Shown piece after piece: positions 1-13,115 of a DNA stretch of 35,387 bases; positions within the stretch are counted from its first letter, which is position 1, and each line of letters opens with the position of its first letter. The notes under the pieces were generated by a model, which was not told where the DNA came from, made no database searches, and saw only the letters and a program-made list of their open reading frames with translations. Origin of the DNA: Perkinsus olseni. Its lineage: Eukaryota. The translations under genes were made by a program, and so were the position numbers. The DNA is taken from assembly GCA_013115125.1 (NCBI GenBank), contig JABANN010000362.1:1-35387 (forward strand), in the 5' to 3' direction.

Positions 1-68
<68 letters not shown>
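1..68. repeat. (ACT)n microsatellite at window start
   Basis: Perfect ACT tandem from base 1; likely an assembly break point. Confidence 0.97.
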
Positions 69-70
<2 letters not shown>

Positions 71-208
71 CTAAAGTTTATCATACTCTATGATCTCTGG
101 CTCTAGTATATTGTATAGTGTGGATTGGCATATTGATTCTTGTTGAGTTGATGGCACCCTGAACACCACGGTATAGTACGAGTAGTAGTATCATCATTTT
201 CTGTTTCT

Positions 209-3200
209 ATGGCGCAAGAGGTAACCACCGAAGAACCTAGCTCACCACCACATCTGAGTAAGTACTGGATAATGATGAGATTATCAATCCATTCTTATGA
301 GTAGGTAGGAGAAGGAGAGCATCACTTTGGTCCGGTCAAGTTGGCGGTGACACTTATCGAGTTGGAGATGATGTATGGATTACTCGAGATGATGAGCTTA
401 TGTTTGAGTTAGCGAAGGTAGTGTCGAGAGTATCATCTGGATAAGTACATTTGATGTGTAGGTTGTGAGTTTACCGCAAGCATCCCGTAATGATGGTCAT
501 CCTGAAGTTAGAGTCATGCCCAGATCCACCTCATCCTCGGCAGCCCGGGAACGTATGGTCCCCGTATCACAGTAGTATATGTGCACAGTGTATTATTTCA
601 ATAGTGGTGTTAGCAGGTTGTATCGAGCTGATGGTGGAAGTATTGATGTCGAAACTGTTAATGATATATCACAGTTACCTCTGGTCAATGAGCCAATAGT
701 AAATGATGTTATTAGGAGAAGGTATCTTAGTGACAGCATGTGAGTATGATGATAATAATAATGATACCACACCACCACCGCCAGTAGTATTGGTAGTAGT
801 ACTGGTTTGATGTAGATACACAGCCGCCCGTCCTATGCTTATTGCAGTGAATCCCTTCCGTGATCTTGACAATACAACAGCGGATATAGCTACATATTAT
901 AGGAATATGGTACCAGATGATAGGCGGATAGATGAGGTTGGGAAGAACGTTATCGACTAGGCCAGTGATGATGATGGTGATATTAGGCCGCCCCGCATAT
1001 CTTTCGGATAGCTGCACAGGCATTGACAGCTCATTATATTGGTGCTGGTCTAGTTGAAGAAGCAACGCATGATGATGACAATCTTATCATGAGTATGACG
1101 AAAGCACACTCAACATCATCATCATTGAGTGTTATGATGCAGGTGGAGGTCGAGGGTCCTCTGTAGCATCAGCCTACCAGTCCGGAGTTACTCCCGATGC
1201 TGCTGAACTGAACCTAGTAAATGGTGTGGTAGAGGCTGCTGAAGGTAACGTATCAATACTCATAAGTGGTGAGAGTGGGGCTGGAAAGACCGAGGTAATG
1301 ATATAATGATGATGGTACCGTTGCAGTAGGAGATAATGATGATGAGGATGGTCTTCTCACGTGTTCTGTCAGACATGTAAACATCTCATGAAGTTCTTCA
1401 CTGAGCCTGGTACTACGACTGCTACTGCAGACGACGAAGACTCATCATCCCTCTGCAATGCTCTCATGGCGTTCAACCCGATACTAGAGGCATTTGGCAA
1501 CGCTAAAACCTCGAGGAATGATAACTCCAGCCGATTTGGTAATGGTAGTAGCGGTAGTAACACAGGACTCTGATGCTGGGTATATTAGGTAAGCTGGTTA
1601 AACTATATTTATCACGGCCATCATCCTCGTGTGCTGCTGCTGACGACTTGCGCCATCATCCGACAGTAGCTGGAGGACAGGTCTTATCCTTCCTATTGGA
1701 GAAGAGTCGGATATGCTTGCATGAAGAGGGTCAGAGGAGGGAAGGCTTCTCTGCTGCTCATCGTCAGATAGCAACTCATCATTACAGGTGAACGTAACTA
1801 CCATATATTCTATCAGCTGCTACGTGGTGGTAGTCCTGAGCTACTAGGGCCAGGTGGCCTAGGCTTAGATCCTCAGAAGGAATCGTATAAGTATGTATAA
1901 CAGTAGTAATGCTACCTATTATGCTGCTGCTGCTGTTGTTAGAGTGTTGAATGGTCTCCTACCCTCAATAGCAGGGGTAGATGATGGTAAGGATTATCAA
2001 GTTACTATGAATGCTATGATAACACTAGGTATAGAGAATACTCAAAGTAAGTGATTCCTAAGACCAATGCTGTCTGCATCCTCTCCTACAGGGTTTGATA
2101 TATGTCGAGTATTGGCGGCTATATTACATATTGGTCAAATAGAATGGCAACAGCATCATCATGAAGGGAGTAATGTAGATGAGTCGAGTAAGGAGAGCAC
2201 CCACCACCTGTGGTCCGTACCACTGCTCTTCGCCTTCTGATCTAGCACCATGCATGCCTTCCGATGAGAATCGCTTCATCTTGGTGGCTAAGTTACTGGG
2301 TCTGCATCCTGAGGAGTTCCTCAAAGCAGTCACCGTACAGACGCGCCGACTTCCTGGCAATAATGTAGCTTTAACTGCCGGTCATGGCGGTAGTAGTACT
2401 ACGAGTTGTGGTGTAGGTGGTATTATCACCAGTATCACCACAACAGTGTAGCGATAATCTAGCCAGCATAAGCCGTTATTGCTATTCTATTATCTTCGAG
2501 TGGATTATTTGTAAGATTAACAGCAGTATATCGCCTAAGAGGGATGCTAAGCAAGATACACAACACACATTGAGGTAGTATACTCCCTTCTACCCGTCGT
2601 ATCATTATTATACGACTGAGTATTATCAGATGGGTGAGTGTATTGGACATCTTCGGTTTCGAGTCCTTCGAGTTGCATCGTAACTCACTGGAACAGTTCC
2701 TCGTCAACTTCGCCAATGAGAGGTTACAGCTATGCTTCACCCAAAGAGTCTTCGAGCTTGAGAAGAAGGTCACTACGCAGCATGATCCAACATCGCAGGA
2801 TGATGATGATAATACTATCAGTCTATTTATCAGGTATATGATGCAGAGGGTCTGTCAGGGGACAACCTTGCAGCAGAAGTTGTCAACTATGCTCCAGTGG
2901 AACCATTACTGAGGGTCTTGCAGGCTCCTAACTATGGTTGCATTAGCCATATTGAAAGTGCATGCTTACTACAGGTAGTGTTGAAGCAGTATTCCTCCAT
3001 ACTCTATCAACATTCCCTATCATCCTCATCAGACGGGTACTGATCAGTCTATAATGAACGCCTTCACCAAGGCTGGCTACCCTCTGGACCTACTCACTAC
3101 TGGTATGATACATCAACAACGGCAGAAAGCCTCCTCCTCCTCGTCATCATCCAAAGGGATGGCTAGGAAGGATAACCCAGCTGATATATTTATTATACAT

Positions 3201-6188
3201 CATACAGCGGGGAGTGTTACCTATAACATAAATGGTTTTAGAGATAAGAACATGGATCGTCTAAGTGACGATTTATATGCCCTTATATCACATACGAGTA
3301 ATGATGTATTGAAGGAAGCAGTAGCAGTAGCGTCACCATCATCAGAGGGAGCTCCTCAACAGCAGCAGCAAGGGGGTGGTGCTAGACGCTCCGCTTATAT
3401 AGCACAGAAGTTCGTGCATTCGATAGACTCCTTAATGGCTATGCTAGACCCTACTGAGGCATTCTTTGTACGCTGTGTTAAACCAAATACCCAGAAGAAG
3501 CCAAGGCTATACAATAGTCGTAATGTTGTTAGACAACTGCACAGTCTATCAGTATTCCATGCTATCAAGATGTCCAGCTGTGGCTATTGCTTCCGATTAC
3601 CTTTCCGTCAATTCATCCACCGATATCACCCTTTGAGGTTTCTAAAGGATACTAGTACCGCAACAGCAGCAGGAGCGAATGATGATGCATTATTGATGGC
3701 CATTGGTGATGGTCATGGAGAGGAAGGACAAGAGGAGTGTAGTCATCTCTTAAAGAGGTTCCTTGGTGATGATTATATGAAAGGGGCAGTACTAGGCAAG
3801 ACTATGGTATTGGCTCGGAAGGAATGTCATATGGTGTTAGAGAAGTCCTTAACTTGGGTATTATCGGGTATATTAGGACCGATAGCCACGACTATACGTA
3901 AGACACTGGACCACAAGCGGGCTTTGGAGAAGTTCATTATACGTAGTTCAAGATTGGTCACAATACAGTCTATGCTAAGGTCTTATCTTATCCGTCGTAC
4001 TGAGATGCAGAGGATTCAGTACCGTAGGAGTCTCATCACTGTAGCCCTCCTGCAGCGGAAGGTATACATGTTCCTAGTTGCGAGGGCTGCTGCTATGCAG
4101 TTACAAACGGCATCGAGGAATCTATTGGGTATGCTGGTATACGAGAGGAGACGTAAGAACCTTGAAGTTATGAATGCATCATCAGTATTACAGTCTTATG
4201 GTCGTGCTGCTTTATCAAGAGTAAGATATGAGTGCAGGAAGGAAAGTAGAATTAAGGATAGGGCTGCACGACTCATACAAGGGGCGATGAGGAAGGCCTA
4301 TACTCGACGATCATATGCTAAGAATTGGGTATGGCGTATGTTGGTATGGCCTATGAAAAGGCATTATCAAGTTAAAGTTGATGCTGCATTATTTATACAA
4401 AGTGCATGGAGAGCACATGTAGTTCGAAGGCAGAATCCGCATGTATTGAAGATGATCCAAGTAGCCCGAGAGAGGGTTTGGAGGAGGGTGATGGTAGAGC
4501 AGGCTAAGGGGCTCCTTACAGCGGTTATACAAGGCTTTATACTTAGGGCCACTATGGGTAGATATACACAGGCAGCCATTGTTATACAAACCAGGATGAG
4601 GGGTATACTCAGACCTCGGTGGATGAGGTTACAATTATCATCGGCTATCAAGATACAATCGTTATGGAGGGCTTATGTAGTAAGGGTAAGGGTTGCTATG
4701 GCGAAGGCTAGGATAGTAATAGTAGCATTAGATGGATGCAATAGACGTAGAAGGCGGGCTATGCATCATCTATGGCTTACCACGCTCCTCCAACAGTATC
4801 GTGATAGTAGTCATTCTGGATTATCAATAGTCCATCCAGAGGGTGGAGTATCCCAACAACTTATCGAAGGATACGTACACACTTACCGACATTATGGCCC
4901 CATCATGGACTTCACTGAGTTCCAGGATGGTACTCGCCGTAGCCTGGCCGTAGTATGCCGTCGAGCATCCCCATGCGTAGTAGTGTGGGGTAGTGAGCCC
5001 ATTGGTATGAGTTCATCACTACCTCAAGTGTTACCCCTTCCTAGTTGTCCTAAGCTACACTTCACCTCAGTGGATACTATCTCTTGTGGTGTCGATCATG
5101 CCTTGTTATTGGTCAAGTACAACAACACCAGTGTTATCGTAGCACTAGGGTCCAATACCCGAGGTCAGTGTGGGGTACCCAAGGACAGGCCCGAACTGCC
5201 TACTCCCGAGATAATACTCCAACCACCCGAGGATGGTAGTCGTATCACTAGCGTTGCAGCAGGACCGTTCCATAGTTTATGTACACTTAGTTCATCGTCG
5301 AATGATGGGACTATGGTATGGGGCGCTGCTGATGGGATATCCCTACCATACCACTTCCCACAGGATGTCTTCACACCAACCCCCATGCCCACTACCTTAC
5401 GCTTCAATAAAGTGTATGCCAATACTTGTGGTAATCTGGCTATCACCTCTGATGGCACTCTGGCTGCTTGGTCCGTTAATCCTAAGTTAGGAGTAATGTT
5501 GGGTCACATGGCTGGTGATGATGGTAACTTCTCCTCGCCAAAAGTAGTATCAGCTTTATCCAGCCCTATTGCTGGTGTAAGCACAGATGGTCGTAGGATC
5601 ATTGTCCTCACCAGTGATGGTGTACTATATTATTGGGGCTGTATACGATCTACTTGTATACCCGATAACCTATCAACAGCAGCACCAGGTATCATCTCTG
5701 GACGTGGTGCTTCAGCTTATGAGTGTAGGGTATTACAACCTCTTAGAGTGAATATACCTTATTATACTGCCCCTGTCGCTGAGGTGCATTTGTGTGATCA
5801 TTGCTATGGTGATAGGGTAGTGATTAGGTTGGTTGATGGAACACTACTTGGATGGGATAATATGACGATGAGATATGATACCCTGCATCCTGGGCTGTTC
5901 CAGTATAGACATGCTCACCGTGCTGAGGCAGTCCGAGTTGTACCTAGTGGTAAAGTACTGGGAGTGCTCCCTCCACACGCAGGGGTGGCCCACCATATAC
6001 AAGGGGTTAAGAAGGCTCTATCGAGGATAGAACCCGGGACCATGGATCGGAACCTACGGATACTCCCTATCAAGAGGGGTGGTGTATGTAATGCACCTGC
6101 CGTATCAAGGGCTCCAGGGCCTGATAGACGGTCCAGCCTCGTCATACGAGATCGTGTGGGAGGGAGAGTACCCCCCAGGGATAGGTAG
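209..6188 (+). CDS. Class XIV-type myosin heavy chain with about 8 IQ-like motifs and RCC1/ATS1-like tail (MyoH-like); multi-exon 5' half, single 3.1 kb terminal exon
   Basis: Spliced translation: N-terminal [21 protein letters not shown]-loop [13 protein letters not shown] (~1255-1294); [114 protein letters not shown] and [12 protein letters not shown] repeats. Start ATG 209 inferred. Confidence 0.93.
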
Positions 6189-6239
6189 TAGGTGGATCGG
6201 CATAGCATCAGGTATGTACAGGTTATCTATCATTCTCAG

Positions 6240-7655
6240 TCGATCGAAGCCACCACCTGACCCCCCTTACCCATCGATAGGACACCCTCAACGCACTTCG
6301 TCTCGTCACCATAAGGTGATCAGTCCTACTTTCCCCATTCATCATGATATGCTGCTTCAGAGATCATCCGACCGCCGAAACATAGGGCCTCGTCAAGCTT
6401 CTTGATGGCATGAATTGCCATGACATCTACCATTTTGGCATCCCTCTAATTATCGTTGATTCCTCGTGTGTAGCGTTGAGTATGGTACTAGGTTATATAG
6501 ACTTACTACTTGTGTGTTATATGACAATGCTACAAGGAGTGACTGCTCTAACTCAGACCATATTGGTGAGCATGACTATGATCAGTACCGCTTATTATGG
6601 ACTACCCCGTCAGGTGCCGATGATGGTGTTGATGCAGAAGGCCTTTGGTCTTGGTATGATTGGATATTTCGTAATATTAATATTGACCAGCGTTCACGTT
6701 TTGAGGCCGTCTCTCAGATATGGAAATCTTGGGAGAGCCCTGCATGATTACCATTATAAAGATATCATTATTACCCCATGATGGTGATTGTGGCCACACT
6801 GTTGGTTGTAGTAGTATGCTCTATCGAGGATTCTTCGTCTTACTCTTCCTACTAATCTCCCTCTTCACGACTGTAGAGTTCCACTTTATTATTAATATGG
6901 TGTTGCAGCTCCAGTCATTGAGAGGAGTTAGTCGGTTGATGTCAGAGTGAATGAGTTATCTAGACCACCTACTCAGCAGTATGCTGCCCCAACATGTTCA
7001 TTTTCAATATCACCCCCATCTTGTGTTCATCATTATCATCCTAACTCTCTCCATTACTACTGTAGCACTTCTTGCAATAATATAACACGATAATACAGTA
7101 TTATCATGACCTTCCCGCATCACTCGTCAACAGCATCTCCAGCTACTATCACCTCGAGCCCTAGTACTACTACCACTGGTGATACACTTGAATATCACAT
7201 ACCATACATTCACCAATCTATTCCCTCACAGGTACTGCAAGTCTCGTGACCATCTCTGTATGTGGTGTGGTTACAATGGCTGCAGTTGGTTTCGTATTCT
7301 GGCTCAACCCTATGAAGGAAGATAACGGCTCATCATCACCACAGGGGTAGTGCCATCATATTCGTGCGGTCGGGTATCATGTCTCTCCTGGTCTTCAGAA
7401 CGACATCAACAAGAGCAGCAGCAGCAGCAGGAGCAGATAAGATGACCGCAGGTGTAGGGGATTATCGATCTCTCACCAGCCGATGGTACCGCCCGCCGAG
7501 GCTCTTGTCAACTCTGAGTATTATTAGAGAAGAAGAGGGTGATTGTGAGGAGTACTTTGACGATGATTTCGAAGATGCATCTACTATGAGTTCTGAACTT
7601 GAGTATCAAACCTGAATACTACCAGACCGTCCAGGTATCGTGCTACAGCCTTCTG

Positions 7656-7700
<45 letters not shown>

Positions 7701-7990
7701 TATACCCCCGTTCATGATACGGGTAGAATATGGTATCAGAAGTCTCGAGAAGGCTATCCTCTCTCGATGATAAATAATGTTCCTGCTAATGATAATAGTC
7801 ATCGTCAGTAGATGAGTGGGTCACTTAGTATTACTAACACTACTACTTACTCTATTGACGATTTATTTCTTAGTTCTGTTTGTGCATTTCCTCGAATATA
7901 AGGGGAATTATGCTGTACTTTATTCATTACCACGTCTTGTTGCTCGAGTGTAGCAGCATCGTGATGTTGTTCTTGGTGTTGTTATCATTG
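6240..7990 (-). CDS. Probable multi-exon hypothetical protein; boundaries uncertain
   Basis: Minus-strand GT..AG intron-like segments separating open pieces such as DAKMVDVMAIHAIKKLDEALCFGGRMISEAAYHDEWG and TKCVEGVLSMGKGGQVVASID*; no family recognised and a full model could not be closed. Confidence 0.3.
7656..7699. repeat. (CTA)n microsatellite
   Basis: Direct observation. Confidence 0.9.
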
Positions 7991-8225
7991 ATCAAGGTTC
8001 CTGCACTGACCACCCATCGTAATACCGTCGCCTCTAGTCCCATCAGTTCATCATCTCCTTTAGAGAGTGTGGATAACTAATGGTGTATCGAATGTTGAAT
8101 AAGTCGGAGTTCTGAGTTGTTATGGTGGTTATTCAATAGCTTTCCCAGTAGCGGACATTCCTGTAATAAGCATTTCACCGTGCGACCCACTGCTATGTTC
8201 CTTATTTTTGTAAACCATTCCCAAC

Positions 8226-9855
8226 ATGTTGTTCCCTCTCTCGCCCCTTCTCAAGCAGCATCGACTATGCATCACCAAAGCATCATCCTCATCCTCATCA
8301 TCATCACAGCGTTGTTCATTTGCTAGTGGAGACTTTAAGCGGAAGAGGAGGCTCATCATTGAGAGCCCCTCAGAGGCTACGGCCCAACACATCAAACAGA
8401 CTACGGTATTCGATCCGTTTCCAACTTTTGAAGCTCCTGAACGATTCGGGTATGAAGCTGATAGAGATGGGCATTGGTATGTTGGCCATATGATGCGAAC
8501 TAAGCAGGCTCTTCCCGCCTGGGCCAATCGAGTTGATGTTGTTATAGAGGTGCGTCACTCCCCTCTTCCTCTTCCTCTTCCTCCTCATCCTCCTCATCCT
8601 CATCGTCCCCATTTGGAGTATACAGATACGGGATGCTCGAATTCCACTAACCTCAGCTCAGACAGAATTGAATAGTAATCTGAGGCAAGCCGGCATCCGG
8701 AAGCTACCAAGGCTAGTTGTCTTGAACAAATGTGATCTTGTTACACCTAGCATGGCCAGACGTGTAAGAGGGGCTATACCAACCCACAAGGGCATTGGGA
8801 CACTGCTCCTCAGGCGCAAGAGATGATCGAGGCACACTCTAATGCTAAATGTATCTTGGCAACCTCAGTATTGAAGAAAGGTGTTGTTAAGATAAAAGAA
8901 TTCATGTTGTCCGAGCGGGAGATACGGTTCCAGTCGTTGGGAATATATGGACTTCTAGTTGGCTTACCCAATACTGGTGATGATGATCATGCTAGTCGTC
9001 GATAATGCCTCTGCTCTTCATCATTCTCTTGTGTGCAGGGAAGTCAACAACCATAAACGCATTGAAACGGTTGGCCCTGTTGGCGTCGAAAACCCGGTAC
9101 GATTCTAGAGGGATGATGGCCGGTGTGAGCAGGGCTCAAGCTAGGTGAGTCGACTACTACTCGTGATAGTGACTGCCCTTTATCAGAGTTACAATGTCCC
9201 CTGGTACGACTGAGCTCATCAGAGCATACCAACTCAGCCACAACCCAACACTCTTTTTGGTCGATACACCTGGTGTTACCTTTCATAAGGTGCTTATCCT
9301 TATATCATCACGTACTCGACGCCGCTGTTATTAGGATAAAACTAATCCAGAACGGAATCTCAAGCTGGCCGCGGTTGGCACATTCCCTGATCACATATTC
9401 GGCGAATTGTACATTGCTGATTACATTTTATGGAGGCTCAACAATGCCCGTCTCTTTCAGTGAGCCCGACAACAACAACAACAGCAGCAGCAGCATGGGA
9501 TGATTGAATGCTGCTCAGATACGTGAATGTGTGTGGGCTTAGTGGCGGCCCTACTAATGATATCCGATCGGTATGTCGAGAGATCGCATTCCAACTAACC
9601 AACGATCCTTGTAGAGACTCTGGGGCAATGGATGTTCTGTCTGGGGTAAAGATACATGAGAGTGAAACATGAGGTGTAAGTTTGATCTGCCAGGCTCGTA
9701 CTTTCCTTAAATTCTATCGTAACGGCCTACTTGGTCGTTATTGCTTGGATGCATTGCCAAGTGAGGGTGAGCTCAGTCGATATTATAATAATTTGGTAGA
9801 GGAAGCTGAGCCACCTGGTCCATGGGGCCCCAATGCATACATACCCATTGGATGA
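8226..9855 (+). CDS. MTG1: Circularly permuted GTPase of the RbgA/YlqF/MTG1 family (organellar ribosome assembly)
   Basis: WYVGHM..VDVVIE/IRDARIPLTS; G4 VLNKCDL before G1 VGLPNTGKST; PGTT; G3 LVDTPG; C-terminal FYRNGLLGRYCLD; basic Ser-rich N-terminus resembling a mitochondrial presequence; stop TGA 9853-9855. Confidence 0.9.
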
Positions 9856-10249
9856 ACAACGGGCGGCGATACTCACATCATCATACTCTTGACATATGAT
9901 GTACCGATGTAAGAAGGCATACGATTTATCATGTTTCCGCTATGAGTGCATGACGATGTTGTGTCGTCATGGCGTACACTAGTATGCCGGTGATTATAAA
10001 CTCTGCACCAAGAAGAACGCTGATCGTCACCACTTACTCGGCAGTCATGTTGTGGGCTTCTGTAGTTGTCAAGATTACGCCGAACCTATCGTCACGATAG
10101 TATCGTGTCTGCATCTGTCCTCATGCTGGTCACTGATACTATCCCAACTCCTTTACTACTAACCCCAACCTAACCCCAACGATGTACGTAGGAAAACGTG
10201 GTAAAGTAGTGAGCAAGGATTAGTATGTAACAGTGGGGAGGGAATGCAA

Positions 10250-13040
10250 TCATCGCTTGCTGCGGATGTTGCCTCTCCGTAAAGAGGGTAAAGGGGTGGC
10301 AAGAAGGTCCTTAATCTCTGATAACTGTTTAGACCTCTTATCACTTCCCTTAGTGGATCCCCGTCTCCCAAGGCCTTGGAACTCATCCTGATTACCACAA
10401 TTCTGTAAAACCCAACATAACCCTACTACCTCATCGTCATCATCATTGGCATTATCATCATCTATATCACTTAGTGGTAGGTCAGCATCCTGAGCCATCT
10501 TTCTCATCCATGCCTTCTCCTTATTATCCCTCTGTTCTCTATGTTGGGCTCCTTCATAATCGTTAACCACCAACAGTAGATGTTTAATGAATGAGATATC
10601 CCTACAACCACACTGACGTTATCATGATGCTGGGCTATTCACCACTGACCTGCTGTTAACGATAATATCCTTTGCTGTGACATTAACAGCTTCTAATGTC
10701 CTCCGCCATGCACCATCCTCACATGGTGTCCTTATTATTATACAATTACCTTTGCGACCAGCCCTAGCGGTACGCCCAGACCTAACAATAAGAATGAAGA
10801 CCTTTACTAGCCATGCTGGTGATGCCCTTGCCTGTGGATGAACAACTCCAGCACTCTCGGACAGTTAACATGAATGACCGTATCCACATCAGGCAGGTCT
10901 AAACCTCTTGCTGCTAAATCAGTTGTCACCAGTACACCACAGCGAGAATTCCGAAACTTCTCCAACTTCTTCAGCCGATCCTGAAAGAGTTATGATGACT
11001 AACGAGTACGGTTGTTATTATATTACCTTCTGTTTGAGATCAGAATGCATACCACATACATTAACCTTATCAGGAGTAGCGAGAGATAGTATTGACGATA
11101 GACGATAAACATAGCTGATCGAGTTAACAAACATGATTATCTTACCACCAGCACCATGCTTGGTAGAGGCATGCCTGATCAATAGTAGTAACCAGTGGTG
11201 GTGACGTTGTTATATCTTACTCGTTGTCATCGTGCCCAGGGCCAAACCTTTTATGTAGATAGTACACTAAGGCCGCTTCTCTATCTTTATCAACACTAAC
11301 TCTGATCTCCTCAAACGTGAGAGTATCAGGCAATAACGTCGTGCTGCTGCTGCTGCTGCTGCTGCTTGATGAAGTTTTATTCGAGGGTACAACAACATTC
11401 CCTTCCTTGGTAAGGTCAATAACCTCTCTATGATTCTCCCCTCTCAATCGTAACTATCACAAACATTACGATATCAATGACATGAGGATGATGATGTTCA
11501 TTATGATGTTGATGATAATACTTTGCTGAGCAAGCGTGTTATCTTATCTCCTGCTACTTTCCTTGATCGCTCTATCCTCTTCTTCTCTCGTTTTGATACA
11601 ATACCCGTGATATGGGAGGATTCAGTGGCTAGTGTTGCCGAGAATACCAAATGCTGAGGATGATAACTATGACAACATGATTGAATGTATGTACTAAGGG
11701 ATGATTCCCCTCATCATCTTATTATTACCTGTATTTTGTTAGCCTGAGTAGTCGTGTATACAGCGTCCAACACCCGACTAAGATCCTTGAAATGTCCTTC
11801 ATCAGCAACTAGCCTATCAGCCTCATCTAGGACTATTGTCCTTAGTTGTGGTAATAACTCCTTCTTCAACTTATCCGACGCCTACACATCTCATCATCAT
11901 CAGAGTCCCCATTATCGATGCCTACTTGTATCTCAGTATCAGCCCTATCTAGCACATCAGCACTAGATTTAATAGTAGCACATCCTAATAAAGCTGCCAA
12001 TCGTCCAGGTGTCGCCACTATTATGTTCGGCACCTACACCACACTATTCGCCATGAAATTAGTAAATCATAAGCACCTTATTAATGAGCCTATGCTGCTT
12101 TTGTATAGACATGCCACCCACCATAGGAGCTATCAATAGGTGTGGTATGTATCGCCCAGCCTTGAGCAGATGGGAATGAACCTAGTACAGCTACTACCAT
12201 ACCTGCCATTATCCTAAACCATCACCTGCATGGCCAACTCTCGCGTTGGTACCACAATGAGAGCATCCAATTTACGACGCCCATCACTATTATTATCATC
12301 AACAGCAGCAGATGATGAAGTTTGCATGTAGAGGATATTGGTGAATAATGGTATACCTATTATTAATACTGAATACTACCATTCTCAATGTTATTGTTAC
12401 TGTTACTACCATAGGCGAGTGTTTTGCCACTACCAGTCTCAGCGGCAGCTAACACATCCTTCCCCAATGGTAATAATGCTGGTGGTATACTGTAACGCTG
12501 TATTGATGTAGGGGTAGTAAAACCCAATCCCTATTATTACATCAATATACCCCCAACTACTACCATAACTGTTATTACCTTCAACCCCATTAGGACTTGG
12601 TCAGGTAGTAATGATGATATCGCCTTCCATTCATTCATACCATTAAGATCTTCTATTCCATCAGTAGGTACATACGTTGCAGGAGCAGGAGTAGTGTGCT
12701 GCTGCTGCAGCTTCTTATTCTTCTTTTTCTTCCTTCGGTCCGTAGTGATATCATCATCGCCCTCAGTTTGATCTTCTGGTAGCTTCCTTTTTAGTATCCC
12801 CTTAATTGCCCCCTGAGTCCCTTCTTCGTCAGTCGGTGGTGTTGCTGTTGGTTTCAAGGCATGTATGAGTTTATCATATTCATCATTAGACGGTTCTAAC
12901 ACCTCTACCCCTAGTAACTGTCCAGCAGCACCTCCCTCCAGTTCCTCTACTGCTAAAGGCATCCATGCTTGCCCAGTCTTCTTACTACGCCTTGCCCCTG
13001 ATGATGATGGTCTCCGCTTCAAACGACGAAGAAGAGACAT
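10250..13040 (-). CDS. DDX24: DEAD-box RNA helicase, MAK5/DDX24-like
   Basis: Q motif [91 protein letters not shown]-terminal [13 protein letters not shown]. Confidence 0.9.
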
Positions 13041-13115
13041 AGAAGAGGAGCAACAGCAAACCTAACGAATAATAATAATAATCGCCACCGATATTCGCCC
13101 AAGCAGTCACGGGGA

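Noticed and set aside
1-68. Terminal (ACT)n tracts as telomeres or terminal repeats of a mobile element
   Set aside because: Same-strand simple repeat that is common internally; the right-hand copy lies inside an intron of a truncated gene, so these look like assembly breaks
7442-7615. LTSRWYRPPRLL resembling the CMGC kinase TRWYRxPE motif
   Set aside because: Invariant Glu absent and no HRD, DFG or VAIK motifs nearby; probably chance
10159-10180. CTAACCCCAAC x2, telomere-like or telomerase-template-like
   Set aside because: Only two copies with no supporting structure
8226-13040. MTG1 and DDX24 (plus RPL12) as a ribosome-biogenesis cluster
   Set aside because: They act on different ribosomes, are convergent, and such genes are numerous; adjacency is probably chance
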